A stretch of DNA of 64,000 bases, taken from an uncultured Candidatus Saccharibacteria bacterium. Its GTDB lineage: Bacteria; Patescibacteriota; Minisyncoccia; Phycocordibacterales; UBA918. Shown in pieces: positions 46,298 to 55,593 of this stretch. The stretch lies in the NCBI GenBank assembly GCA_964493145.1, contig CAZBMV010000001.1:54623-118622 (forward strand), read 5' to 3'. The notes under the pieces were generated by a model. It did not search any database, was not told where the DNA came from, and saw only the letters and a list, made by a program, of their open reading frames with translations. Each line of letters begins with the position of its first letter. Position 1 is the first letter of the stretch. The translations under genes and the position numbers were made by a program.

Positions 46298-46918
46298 TTA
46301 CCGTTGCGGTGCTTGTGAAAGGTCCTCGGGATTAAAAATGTGGTAGTACAGTTCGGTGAGTTCGTCTGTTCCCAGAGGCGCGGTACGGATGCCGATGCGC
46401 GCGAGCCCCTGCTCCACGACAGACACGCGCTGTTCCAACTGCATGCGGTCTTCAAAAAATTTATCTGAGACACCTCCCCCCTTTTTTGTTTTCGGCTTAA
46501 GGAATTTCCCTATACCCTCAACCTCAAGCGACGCTGACCTATACGGCACAATGACAAAGAAATTCTTTGTCATAATTTCCACTTCGCTCGTAAAGGTGGT
46601 AATGAACTCCATGTACTCTCGCAACTGAATGCGCATGAGGTCGTTGTCTTGATGCGATTCTCTCTCTTTGAGGATTTCTAGGTACGGCCGTATATCAAGA
46701 CGTCGCGACTGAGCGTATATTTGGAGAGAAAAGTCCACCGCATTAAGAAATGCCTGAAATTGAGAGAGAATCGCCTGCTGTTCTTCGGATGCTTTGAGCG
46801 CAAAGTTTATGGAAGAGGCGAGGAGCACCATACACATTTGCCCATCTTTAAGAATGACGACATCATCGTGAATGTCTGCAATGGGAACAAATTGTTGCGT
46901 TGCGTTTTGTGTTGTCAT
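46298..46918 (-). CDS. T4SS-associated protein resembling the extreme N-terminus of Gram-positive VirB4 (possible split VirB4 N-fragment)
   Basis: VPIADIHDDVVILKDGQMCMVLLASSINFALKASEEQ resembles the DG.I.KDG...L.V..INF.L.S.EEQ start of TraE/TcpF-type VirB4. Stops 5 nt before the VirB4 start. Confidence 0.4.
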   Translation of the reverse strand: MTTQNATQQFVPIADIHDDVVILKDGQMCMVLLASSINFALKASEEQQAILSQFQAFLNAVDFSLQIYAQSRRLDIRPYLEILKERESHQDNDLMRIQLREYMEFITTFTSEVEIMTKNFFVIVPYRSASLEVEGIGKFLKPKTKKGGGVSDKFFEDRMQLEQRVSVVEQGLARIGIRTAPLGTDELTELYYHIFNPEDLSQAPQR

Positions 46919-46920
46919 AA

Positions 46921-47322
46921 TTAACGTTCGGTTTGATTGAGCTCAAGTTTTTTAGTCAGCGCCGAAATGGAATTTTGGTGAACGGAAGAAAGATCTGATG
47001 TTTGCTGGGCTTCTTCCCCGTAGCCGTTTGTCACCGTCTGTGAGGATTCGCGTTTCCAAAGGTACAGTTTATTCTTTGTCGTATACCGCGCCGCTGACTC
47101 AAGGAAGAGTGAGAACGGGCGATTGTTGACGCGGTGAAATGCGAGCGAAAAAGAGAGGGCGGCAATCGGGAGGCCAAAGAGAATCGCCAAAATAAAAGGA
47201 GCGCTCAAAAAAAGAATGACGAGGATGCCCACTCCACCGGCGAGGTACACGAACTGGCGCCACGTAAGGGGGCCAATAACCTTGTCTTCAATCTCAATGA
47301 ATTGAGGAACCTCAAAGCGCAT
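46921..47322 (-). CDS. PrgI/VirB3-like small membrane protein
   Basis: MRFEVPQFIEIEDKVIGPLTWRQFVYLAGGVGILVILFL...; hydrophobic hairpin, positioned before VirB4 as in Gram-positive T4SS. Confidence 0.45.
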   Translation of the reverse strand: MRFEVPQFIEIEDKVIGPLTWRQFVYLAGGVGILVILFLSAPFILAILFGLPIAALSFSLAFHRVNNRPFSLFLESAARYTTKNKLYLWKRESSQTVTNGYGEEAQQTSDLSSVHQNSISALTKKLELNQTER

Positions 47323-47378
47323 ATATCAGTATTGTACCTTATCCGCACGCCCGCTCCCCCACGGGCGTGCGGATAAAA

Positions 47379-47930
47379 CTACTCACCCGCCCTTTTCCCC
47401 TCCTCGTATGCTTCGTACCCTCGTACGGGAGAGGAGGCACCGGACTCGTCTTTGATAGACGCAATATCTTTTTGCATGGTGCGTGTTGGCGCAATTGCCC
47501 TAAGCACCTCTTCGCGTGTGAGCGGACGCGGGCTATTCTCGTTTGTACCACTCGCGTTCTCAATTCCTTCGGGACGGAGCTCAAGTTTTTCACGAGTGTC
47601 TTTATTTGCACTCGGTAACACAACTGTTTCAGCAGTAGCATTCAGCGAATTAAAAAAGACACCAATAGTTTTTTCAATTTCAGGTATATGCGCAGAATCA
47701 ATTCCCAAAGCAGAAAGTTCATTTTTAAAATCTTCAGGCGACTTAAAACCAAGAATTGTATCGCCAATTAAGTCAATGAAAGCAAGTCTTTTTTGCTCAT
47801 CAAAATTATTTTTTGTTACCAATACACCAATAACTTCTCCTAGCTCTAGGCTACCGTATAGATTTTTTACCGGCACACTAGCATTTCGGTATGCAAGAAG
47901 CCTTTTTTCAGAGGTGATAGTGTCGTTCAT
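47379..47930 (-). CDS. hypothetical protein of the T4SS-like cluster
   Basis: 183 aa, no motif; stop abuts the start of the upstream gene. Confidence 0.35.
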   Translation of the reverse strand: MNDTITSEKRLLAYRNASVPVKNLYGSLELGEVIGVLVTKNNFDEQKRLAFIDLIGDTILGFKSPEDFKNELSALGIDSAHIPEIEKTIGVFFNSLNATAETVVLPSANKDTREKLELRPEGIENASGTNENSPRPLTREEVLRAIAPTRTMQKDIASIKDESGASSPVRGYEAYEEGKRAGE

Positions 47931-47931
47931 A

Positions 47932-50199
47932 TTAGAATCTTGAACCTGCCGGAGTACTAAAGAAATTATTAAATGCGTTATTCCCGTGGATCATTTGAAC
48001 ATTTCGTTTAATGTTCGCTCTCGCCGTGTCGTCAATTGAATCATTATCAAGTATTTTTGTGAGTACATTTGCGTTTAGATGCTGCGCTGCTTTAACATCA
48101 GTAAGAATTTGAACAGGAAGATTTGCTCTCTCAGAATCATTACGAATTCTTCCAAACAAACGTGTTGCTGAAGCGGGGGTTGAAACACCTGCGGGCGCAA
48201 ATTCTGTAATAAGTGAAGTGTTTCGGGCATTTTTGAGAACAGATTTTTCGCTGGGGGTGAGGTTCTTCATGTCGTGGATCTGTTTTGATGTCAAGTGACC
48301 GGCATGTTGGACAAGTGTGTTGAAGTCCATTGCATCAAGATCACTTGCATCTGCTTTGCTAATATTCCCAGCATTTCCTCCTGCGCCTCCCGATACCCCA
48401 TGTTTATTTTGAACGTGAATTGAGCGAGCAGAGCGTAATTTCGCTTTCTTCTCATCGTCAAGGTCTTCAGACTTTGCTTTCATTAAGGATTCAAACTGAG
48501 AAGAAGACATATTTTCCACGAGAGCATTATATTCGGGAGTTCCCTCTTTATGTTTTTCAAGAAGTTTCAAAAGTTGTTCATTTGAAGCGTTTGTGATGGA
48601 ACGTTCCATGTCAATTCTTTGTTGGCTTCCAGTAGGTGCCGAATGACCTGCGGCAATATTGGCACCAATATTACTGACTTGGGCACTTTGTGCCCTAGCT
48701 CTCTTAATTTCTTTTGTTTCATCTTTTTTGTCCTTGAATGTTTTACTGCCACCGTAATTACTTTTCGCCGCTTTTGTTGCAACTGCGTTTATTCCAGTGG
48801 CACGCATAGCTAGGGCACCAATTTGCGCGCCTCTAGTATTGCTTTTGCGTAATGAATCCTGTTTGTCGGCGACCCACTGACCAGCACGACCAATCGTGTT
48901 GCGTCCCATCCACCCGGTAGCACCTTTACGAAGATTATCACCGGCGCCAATCATCATTCCCGCACCCTCAACCCCAAGCTTCTTTGCCACGAGTAGAGAT
49001 TGGATGAGGAAGAAAATGATGACGGAAAAGTTTAGGAACATGTAGTATGAATCCGCCTGTTCCCCATTGGTCATCGCTTTCATGAAACTTCCACCTGAAC
49101 CAATAAGGTTGAGCCCACCAATGAGTGTGAGTGAAATGAGTGTGAGAAAAAGGTAAATTGGTGCGAAAAAAGCTTGTGCAAGCAGTTTTCCCCAAAGTGA
49201 GGACGCCATGCTTGCCGTTTTTGGGAAAATAGTTGCGGCAAAAAGAATCGGTGAGGCAACCATAATGAGAATGAGAATCACAAACCGAATCACGAGCAGT
49301 ACCGCAGCAGCGAAGAACACAAATGCCGCAATGAAGAGAACTAATGCGCCGAGAACGTAGAACCAAACCATGCCAGCTTTTGTTACGTTGTTGAAAGTGT
49401 TCGGGTCAGGTGCTTTGAAAATGGTTGTAATTCCAAGACGATCAGCAACAGCAGCGGAAATGGTACCCCCCCCGTCTGTCATGGAGGTATAAATTTGGTA
49501 TGAAGTATAGTTTCCGAAATCAACAACAAATTTCACAATGAAGAGACTGAAGTTGATGAGGAGCGCACCGATGATGATGCGTGAGAGTGTTTGCTTTATA
49601 AAGTGACTATCCGGGTCAATAATGGCTCTGATGCCGAGGTAGATGAATCCGAAAATAAAAGCCAGGTTTGCAAAGTCACGAACGAGTTTCCACGCGTTAT
49701 CTATCGCCAAACCAAATGATTGTGTATTGACCATGTCGCCCATACCAAAAACAAATTTTTGGAGTGCAGCATCAAGAAGCGTCCCTCCTACCCACGTAAA
49801 CGCGGACGCCATTGTGAGAATGAGGTTACCGATGTACTGACCAACTTGTGACCAAAAACCACCGTCCTCTTTTTTCTTGTCTTTCGCTGTAGCAGCTTGG
49901 TTTTTTGCTTCCGCTTCTCTCCGCACCTCTTCTTGCCACTGTTGGTTGAGGGCGTCGTTTTCAGCCTGTCTTTCATCATAAGTCTGTGTATCGTTTTGAT
50001 CTGCGATAGCGCCAAGATCTACATTTGAGGTATCAACCCCTTGAGTATTGCCGCGCGTATAGTCAACAGCAGTAGGATCAGCGTCTTGAGCAAAACCAAC
50101 ACGCACCATTCCAAAAAAAGAAAAGAGGAAAAGAAGTGCAATCGCCAAAAGGGTTGTTCTCTCCCCGAGCGTATTTTTTTGTTGATGCAGAGAAGTCAT
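47932..50199 (-). CDS. VirB6/TrbL-like polytopic membrane protein with long hydrophilic C-terminal extension
   Basis: Signal-like N-terminus (MTSLHQQKNTLGERTTLLAIALLFLFSFFGMV), ~8 TM helices, then a ~330-aa polar tail. The ORF-track start (50400) overlaps the upstream gene by 200 nt and is trimmed. Confidence 0.45.
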   Translation of the reverse strand: MTSLHQQKNTLGERTTLLAIALLFLFSFFGMVRVGFAQDADPTAVDYTRGNTQGVDTSNVDLGAIADQNDTQTYDERQAENDALNQQWQEEVRREAEAKNQAATAKDKKKEDGGFWSQVGQYIGNLILTMASAFTWVGGTLLDAALQKFVFGMGDMVNTQSFGLAIDNAWKLVRDFANLAFIFGFIYLGIRAIIDPDSHFIKQTLSRIIIGALLINFSLFIVKFVVDFGNYTSYQIYTSMTDGGGTISAAVADRLGITTIFKAPDPNTFNNVTKAGMVWFYVLGALVLFIAAFVFFAAAVLLVIRFVILILIMVASPILFAATIFPKTASMASSLWGKLLAQAFFAPIYLFLTLISLTLIGGLNLIGSGGSFMKAMTNGEQADSYYMFLNFSVIIFFLIQSLLVAKKLGVEGAGMMIGAGDNLRKGATGWMGRNTIGRAGQWVADKQDSLRKSNTRGAQIGALAMRATGINAVATKAAKSNYGGSKTFKDKKDETKEIKRARAQSAQVSNIGANIAAGHSAPTGSQQRIDMERSITNASNEQLLKLLEKHKEGTPEYNALVENMSSSQFESLMKAKSEDLDDEKKAKLRSARSIHVQNKHGVSGGAGGNAGNISKADASDLDAMDFNTLVQHAGHLTSKQIHDMKNLTPSEKSVLKNARNTSLITEFAPAGVSTPASATRLFGRIRNDSERANLPVQILTDVKAAQHLNANVLTKILDNDSIDDTARANIKRNVQMIHGNNAFNNFFSTPAGSRF

Positions 50200-50200
50200 A

Positions 50201-51706
50201 TTAGAAATTTGTCTCCTGACATGCGTTATCAATGGAACCGGTGAAGGACGAAATTTCGGTTTGCAAGTTCGGAATGGTTTGCAATTCAACGGACACGAGT
50301 TGTGGAGCGGAATGCAAATTATTTCCGTCGCGGAACGCCATAAATCGTTCCATAATACGTGATTGTGCTGCGGGGATTGATGTTGCATTGTACTTTTCAA
50401 GGAGTGAGTTTATCGTCGCACCGGGAGTTGATGAATTTTCCAGTGCAGAGTAATCGGCGAGCCAGACGTTAAGTGTTGCAATAACTGTTTGCGCTGAAGC
50501 AATCGCAGTTTGCGCTGAGCTCAGTTGACTTTGGAGCGACGAGGTGAGGTTGCCGGGGGTACAGACCTCGTACACCTCATTTCCGCTATCGTCGGTTGTT
50601 GTCGCTCCGGGGTACACTCGTTCTCGGTACGTTGAGGCATCAGTGATGAGATTGACAATTTGTTGCTGAAGACCGAGGTAGCGTTCCTCATTTGTTATGG
50701 CGGTTCTCAGTGCGGAGTTTGCACCCTCAGAAGCACCGGTAACATCGGTTGAATCTTGCATTGGCTCATCACGCATTCGGTCAAAGTAATCTCCGGAAGA
50801 ACCGTTCCCCGGTTCGGTGAGACCGAGGAGCCCACCGACACCACCTAACGCTTCACCTACGAGTTGTGCAAAGAGAGCTCCGACGAGCTCATTGATCTCA
50901 TCCGCGGCAGCAATTCGTTGGTTCGTAAGACCCAGAGCACTGTTTAATTGGTCTTCAATAACAGAACCGGGAGTGATAATGTTTCCATAATCGTCTTCCC
51001 TGGAGAGAAATCCCTTACCAAACTCAAGAAGTTTAATTTCTTGCCCCTGCGCATTGCTGATGCTTGCGTACATTGCCGTGTTTGCCTCAAGGTATGCACT
51101 GTATGGGTTGTTCCCCGGCATGAGTGCCATTTCGTACCACCCATCCCAGCCACCCGCGAGGAAGTTTCCGTTCATAAAACTTTCCATATTGCTCACGACG
51201 CCACTCAGCGTACATTGCGCTTGGTAGTTGCGACGTTGGTTGTACTGCATCTGGAGTGCAAGTTGAACGTTAAGCTTAAACGGCGAACAGAGAAACTTGA
51301 GCGGTGAACCCCAAATGAAATCACCCGCTACTCTGTCAGCGATATTCATGAGGAATCCCTCAAGGTCGGTCACAAAGGCGGGGCTCCCCTGAAAGCCCGA
51401 GTTCACCCACTTGGTCGTACTCTTGATCATTTGTTGAATAGTGAGGTTGACGAGTTGCCACGCGATTTTATCAAGGACATACTCCTTTGTCGCCAGACTT
51501 TGAATGGAGGCGGACGTTATGGCATCAAACGCCGCGGAGATTGCACTTTGCACCCACGCGCCTATTTCTCCGACGATATTATCATCAAACGAGTGCGCCT
51601 TTTGAACCGTTAACGACTGCGAGACCGGAGCAAAAACAAAACTTGAAACAAGAACAAAGGAGGTGGCGATGAGGGTTACTTTTTTAAGAAATGAAGGCGA
51701 CATCAT
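50201..51706 (-). CDS. secreted hypothetical protein (501 aa)
   Basis: Signal peptide; Gly/Ser/Asn-rich; no motif. Confidence 0.4.
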   Translation of the reverse strand: MMSPSFLKKVTLIATSFVLVSSFVFAPVSQSLTVQKAHSFDDNIVGEIGAWVQSAISAAFDAITSASIQSLATKEYVLDKIAWQLVNLTIQQMIKSTTKWVNSGFQGSPAFVTDLEGFLMNIADRVAGDFIWGSPLKFLCSPFKLNVQLALQMQYNQRRNYQAQCTLSGVVSNMESFMNGNFLAGGWDGWYEMALMPGNNPYSAYLEANTAMYASISNAQGQEIKLLEFGKGFLSREDDYGNIITPGSVIEDQLNSALGLTNQRIAAADEINELVGALFAQLVGEALGGVGGLLGLTEPGNGSSGDYFDRMRDEPMQDSTDVTGASEGANSALRTAITNEERYLGLQQQIVNLITDASTYRERVYPGATTTDDSGNEVYEVCTPGNLTSSLQSQLSSAQTAIASAQTVIATLNVWLADYSALENSSTPGATINSLLEKYNATSIPAAQSRIMERFMAFRDGNNLHSAPQLVSVELQTIPNLQTEISSFTGSIDNACQETNF

Positions 51707-52575
51707 ATGTCAAAAAGATAAAAGAACGCGCCGAGTTCGTCGTTTGCATAGGTAATACCGTTTTCACCGAGAGCTTCGCCCATAGCCTTGAAGGAATTTG
51801 CCATAGCGGTTACATCATCATAGTACTTTCGTACGCGCGCGAGGGCGTAGAGTGGGTCATCAAACGCCTTTTCCATTGCTTCTATGTCGGTGAGAATTGC
51901 TTCGTACGCATTGAGGAGCGCGAGGTGTTCATTGACGAACGAATCCGGCACGCTCATTTTAAGCATGTCATTAATCATGCCGACGTACGCCTCGCGTATG
52001 GGTGCGAGTTTTGCGAGCACGGCGGGGTCGTTCGTATCAAGCGCTTGTTTTAAAATTGTCACCTCATTCACCCCTCCCGTTTGATACTTCACGACGATTT
52101 CCGGTATGCGATTTCCATACTCGCGCATCGCTTCAAAGGTCGCAGGAACGATGGTGAGTTCAAGACGAGAGCGACGTTTGCTCTGTGTGTTTTCTTCAAT
52201 GGCGGTGACGGCATTCCCGACGAGCAGAGACGGGTCGCTGAAATCTTGACCGTTTATTTTCCCCTGAAGGTAGTCTTGAAAAAATGCTTCAGAAAATTTT
52301 CCCGTGAAGGTGGTTGGTTCCTCGTACGGTTCCGCACCCTCTGCTTCATTGTTTGGCGCGGGTGGCGTTATTGCTTTGATACCAAGACTTTCCTCCCAAT
52401 CTTTAATGCCATCATTGTCCGAGTCGGTCGCTTCAATATACGTTCGTTCGGGTGCCACCGCGACGACGACTTGTGCTTCCTGTGGTTGTGCCGTCGTCGC
52501 ATTCACGTGCAAAGCGCCAAGGATGATGACGATCCCCATTGCGACTGCTCCTCCTATACGAATACTCCCTTTCAC
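51703..52575 (-). CDS. secreted/anchored hypothetical protein, first gene of the T4SS-like cluster
   Basis: N-terminal TM/signal and a DSDNDGIKDWEE (calcium-binding-like) segment. Confidence 0.4.
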   Translation of the reverse strand: MKGSIRIGGAVAMGIVIILGALHVNATTAQPQEAQVVVAVAPERTYIEATDSDNDGIKDWEESLGIKAITPPAPNNEAEGAEPYEEPTTFTGKFSEAFFQDYLQGKINGQDFSDPSLLVGNAVTAIEENTQSKRRSRLELTIVPATFEAMREYGNRIPEIVVKYQTGGVNEVTILKQALDTNDPAVLAKLAPIREAYVGMINDMLKMSVPDSFVNEHLALLNAYEAILTDIEAMEKAFDDPLYALARVRKYYDDVTAMANSFKAMGEALGENGITYANDELGAFFYLFDI

Positions 52576-52649
52576 ACGAAGGTGGATTACTCATGTAGTA
52601 TAGCAAGATGTGTGTAAAAACATGTGATTTTTGTGCACACAACGTGTGG

Positions 52650-53531
52650 TTAACTCTGTGGAGAGAGAGGTTGATTTTGATGTGTGTAGAGTTTGTGCGC
52701 GAGCGCGAGCCACTTCTCAAGAGGAACGTCTTCCCCGCGGACGTCTTCCCTAAGGCCGAGTGTGGAAAAAGTGGGGGTAAGAACATCGCGCGCAACCATA
52801 CCGGAAAGATTTCCAATGAGTTGCTTCCGCCTTGACTTGAACCCACAGTGGAGCACCGAGAAGAAAAATTCCTGAAAAGAAGGTGTCTCCCCCGCATTCC
52901 CTAGGGTTCCCCTAGGGAATGCGGGGGGAGACAGGCGGTCTTTTGAAATGTGCTGAACTGCGAGAATGGCCGAATCAATCTTTGGAGGAGGCATGAAATT
53001 GCCTTTTGTGACGGTTTTTACGTACCGTGGTTCACCAAAAACCTTTACAGAGAGCGACAAAACCGACTCCTTCTCGCTTCGTGCAATGCGCTCGGCGACC
53101 TCTTTTTGTACAAGAAAAACGAGAGTTAATGGGGGTATGTCATGCTCAAGAAAATGGCGAAAAAGAAAGCCGGAAATGTAGTAGGGGATGTTTGCTATGA
53201 GTTTGTAGGCACTCGGCCGAAGGCCGAGTGCCCCGAGGTCAACATTCCGTACATCATCATGCACAATAACAAGCTTTTTAGCCGTAATTTCCTCCTCAAA
53301 GGTTTTTTGAAGTGCTTCAACGGCACGTATGTCTGCCTCTATGGCGACAACATTTGCCCCACGAATGAGAAGTTCACGAGTGAGCATGCCGGTCCCGGGG
53401 CCTACCTCAAGCACTACATCACCCCTTTTTACCTCTCCCGCTTCCGCCATTGCCTCTGAAATACGGGGATTTTTGAGAAAATGCTGCCCCAAAGACTTTT
53501 TTGCATCAATCTTTCCTATCCTTTTTTTCAT
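52650..53531 (-). CDS. ksgA: 16S rRNA (adenine1518/1519-N6)-dimethyltransferase
   Basis: LGQHFL, VLEVGPGTGMLT (motif I), NIPYYIS; contains a 46-nt palindromic in-frame segment (see repeat at 52885). Confidence 0.85.
   Translation of the reverse strand: MKKRIGKIDAKKSLGQHFLKNPRISEAMAEAGEVKRGDVVLEVGPGTGMLTRELLIRGANVVAIEADIRAVEALQKTFEEEITAKKLVIVHDDVRNVDLGALGLRPSAYKLIANIPYYISGFLFRHFLEHDIPPLTLVFLVQKEVAERIARSEKESVLSLSVKVFGEPRYVKTVTKGNFMPPPKIDSAILAVQHISKDRLSPPAFPRGTLGNAGETPSFQEFFFSVLHCGFKSRRKQLIGNLSGMVARDVLTPTFSTLGLREDVRGEDVPLEKWLALAHKLYTHQNQPLSPQS
52885..52930. repeat. 21-bp inverted repeat with 3-nt spacer embedded in-frame in ksgA (TCTCCCCCGCATTCCCTAGGG-TTC-CCCTAGGGAATGCGGGGGGAGA)
   Basis: Seen directly; encodes the PAFPRGTLGNAGETPS segment of KsgA. 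Confidence 0.7.
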
Positions 53532-53585
53532 AAAGACAGTATAGGTGTAGGGATATCAAACTGCAAAACATAAACGTAAGCTCAC

Positions 53586-53639
53586 TTCCGCCGCTTATAT
53601 TATAATTCCCCATGGGGAATTATAATATAAGCGGCGGAA
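53586..53639. repeat. 54-nt perfect palindrome containing the third copy of the 34-bp core; abuts the pcrA stop, ~50 nt upstream of the ksgA start
   Basis: TTCCGCCGCTTA-[34-bp core]-TAAGCGGCGGAA. Confidence 0.8.
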
Positions 53640-53640
53640 A

Positions 53641-55593
53641 CTAATCCAAGTACACCGTCCGTTCATAGCCGGATTCGCTCGGGTTTGTACTCTCAAGGAG
53701 TTCTTCGCGGATGTCGCGCAAAAAAGAAGACGGGGCGTTGACGCGTTGGCTTCCAAAAATAGTACGCATGTGCGCGTAGGAGAGAAAAACCTTTTTTTGC
53801 GCGCGCGTGAGCGCAACGTAAAAGAGGCGGCGCTCCTCTTCTTCATCAACACCCTCGTCACTCAAGCGCTCGTGTGGGAAGAGACCATCTTCAAGTCCGG
53901 TGATGAATACGTACGGGAACTCAAGACCTTTGGATGCGTGGATGGTCATGAGACGTACCGCGTCCAGTTCGTCCTTGTCTTTGAGTTCATCCTGGTCGCT
54001 CCCGAGTGCGGAATCTTCAAGGAGGTGCTCTATCGCTTCTTCGGGTTCATACTCGCAATACTTCGTTCCGAGGGAGACGAGTTCGCGTACGTTTTCAAGA
54101 CGTTCAAGCCCCTCTTCTCCATTCTGTCGATACTCCCCCTCCATCCCCGTTCGTTTCATGATGAACGCGAGCGTCTCGTGGACGGGATGACCTTTCGCGT
54201 ACGTCGCGATTTCATCTATGAGTGCATAAAACGCGTCAACTTTCTCACGCGTTTTTGCAGGAAGATCATCGCGCTTCCCCTCCACCACCTTGAGAACGGT
54301 TACCTTGCCTATGCCCCGCGGAGGTGTGTTGATGATACGTACCAGGTCCCCCGTTCCTTCCGGGTTGAGCGCAAAGCGCAGGAACGCGAGAACATCCTTC
54401 ACCTCCTTCCGTTCAAAAAACTTCGTGCCGAGCATTTGGTACGGCACATCGTAGTTGATGAAGGCTTCCTCAAGCGCACGCGACTGAAAGTTGGTACGGA
54501 AGAGAACGGCGATGTGCGAAGGAGACACCCCTTTTTTTATGAGGTCCTTTGCGGTCATGGCAACGTACTCCGCCTCCTCCTGTCCTCCCATCGCGGCGTA
54601 AAGCGAAATGAGTTCCCCGGGGTGATTTTTTGTAAACACTTTTTTCAGAGGGCGGTTCACATTCTTTCCGATGATGTCATTGGACGCCGCAATGATGGTT
54701 TGCGTGGAGCGGTAGTTTTCCTCCAGCATGATTATTTTTGCCTGTGGAAAGTGACGTTCAAATTGCAAAATATTTTTGATGTCAGCACCCCTCCACGAGT
54801 AAATGTTTTGATCCACGTCACCAACGACGCAGAGGTTTGCGCGCTCTCCCACAATGAGCCGTGCAATTTCATACTGGACACGGTTCGTGTCTTGGTACTC
54901 GTCTATGTGGACGTACGTAAAGCGATCGCGGTACTCGGCAACAATTTCGGGGTGACTCTTGAGCATGGAAAGCGTCTTTGCGAGGAGGTCATCAAAATCA
55001 AGTGCGTGTTCGTCTTTGAGAATCGTGTCGTAGTGCGCCCACACTTCCGCCGCCACACGCTCAGGGTACGTGCGGCTTTCTCCCGCGAAGTCGCTACGTG
55101 TCTGTGCGTCTCCCTTCGCGCGTGAAATAATGGAAAGAATTTTACGCGGTTCAAACTGTTTTGGGTCGTGCCCCGCGCGCTCCATCGCCTTTTTTATCGC
55201 ACCTATGGAGTCACTGCGATCGTATATGGCGAACTGCTTTTTGAGTCCGAACACCCCATGGTGCTCTCTGAGCATACGAACGCCGAGAGAGTGGAAGGTA
55301 GTCACGAGGGGGACACCGCCATCGGTACTGCGTGCGCTCCCGTGAAACACCTCTATAAGGTGCATGACACGTTCGCGCATTTCTTTTGCCGCTTTGTTGG
55401 TAAAGGTGACGGCGAGAATTCGCTCAGGTGGTATACCGCTCAGTATGAGGTGGATGATGCGGTGCGTGATGACTCTCGTTTTCCCTGAGCCGGCACCCGC
55501 GAGCACGAGAAGCGGACCCTCGGTTGTCATCACCGCATTTTTTTGTGCCTCGTTGAGACCTTCAAGGTGTTTTTTGGAAAAAGTGTCGTCCAT
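53641..55593 (-). CDS. pcrA: UvrD/PcrA/Rep-family ATP-dependent DNA helicase
   Basis: Motif I GAGSGKTRVITHRI, Ia, II (DEYQDTN), and VGDVDQNIYSWRGA. Confidence 0.9.
   Translation of the reverse strand: MDDTFSKKHLEGLNEAQKNAVMTTEGPLLVLAGAGSGKTRVITHRIIHLILSGIPPERILAVTFTNKAAKEMRERVMHLIEVFHGSARSTDGGVPLVTTFHSLGVRMLREHHGVFGLKKQFAIYDRSDSIGAIKKAMERAGHDPKQFEPRKILSIISRAKGDAQTRSDFAGESRTYPERVAAEVWAHYDTILKDEHALDFDDLLAKTLSMLKSHPEIVAEYRDRFTYVHIDEYQDTNRVQYEIARLIVGERANLCVVGDVDQNIYSWRGADIKNILQFERHFPQAKIIMLEENYRSTQTIIAASNDIIGKNVNRPLKKVFTKNHPGELISLYAAMGGQEEAEYVAMTAKDLIKKGVSPSHIAVLFRTNFQSRALEEAFINYDVPYQMLGTKFFERKEVKDVLAFLRFALNPEGTGDLVRIINTPPRGIGKVTVLKVVEGKRDDLPAKTREKVDAFYALIDEIATYAKGHPVHETLAFIMKRTGMEGEYRQNGEEGLERLENVRELVSLGTKYCEYEPEEAIEHLLEDSALGSDQDELKDKDELDAVRLMTIHASKGLEFPYVFITGLEDGLFPHERLSDEGVDEEEERRLFYVALTRAQKKVFLSYAHMRTIFGSQRVNAPSSFLRDIREELLESTNPSESGYERTVYLD

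Noticed and set aside
53746-55125. 459-aa plus-strand ORF antisense to the helicase gene
   Set aside because: The minus strand carries unambiguous UvrD/PcrA motifs over the same span, while the plus-strand product is low-complexity with no motifs. The same reasoning applies to other long antisense ORFs: 1687..2589 inside the RNR gene, 23542..24231 and 24712..25380 inside polA, 45597..46148 inside virB4, 26285..26893 over the lipoprotein gene, and 18883..19323 inside murE.
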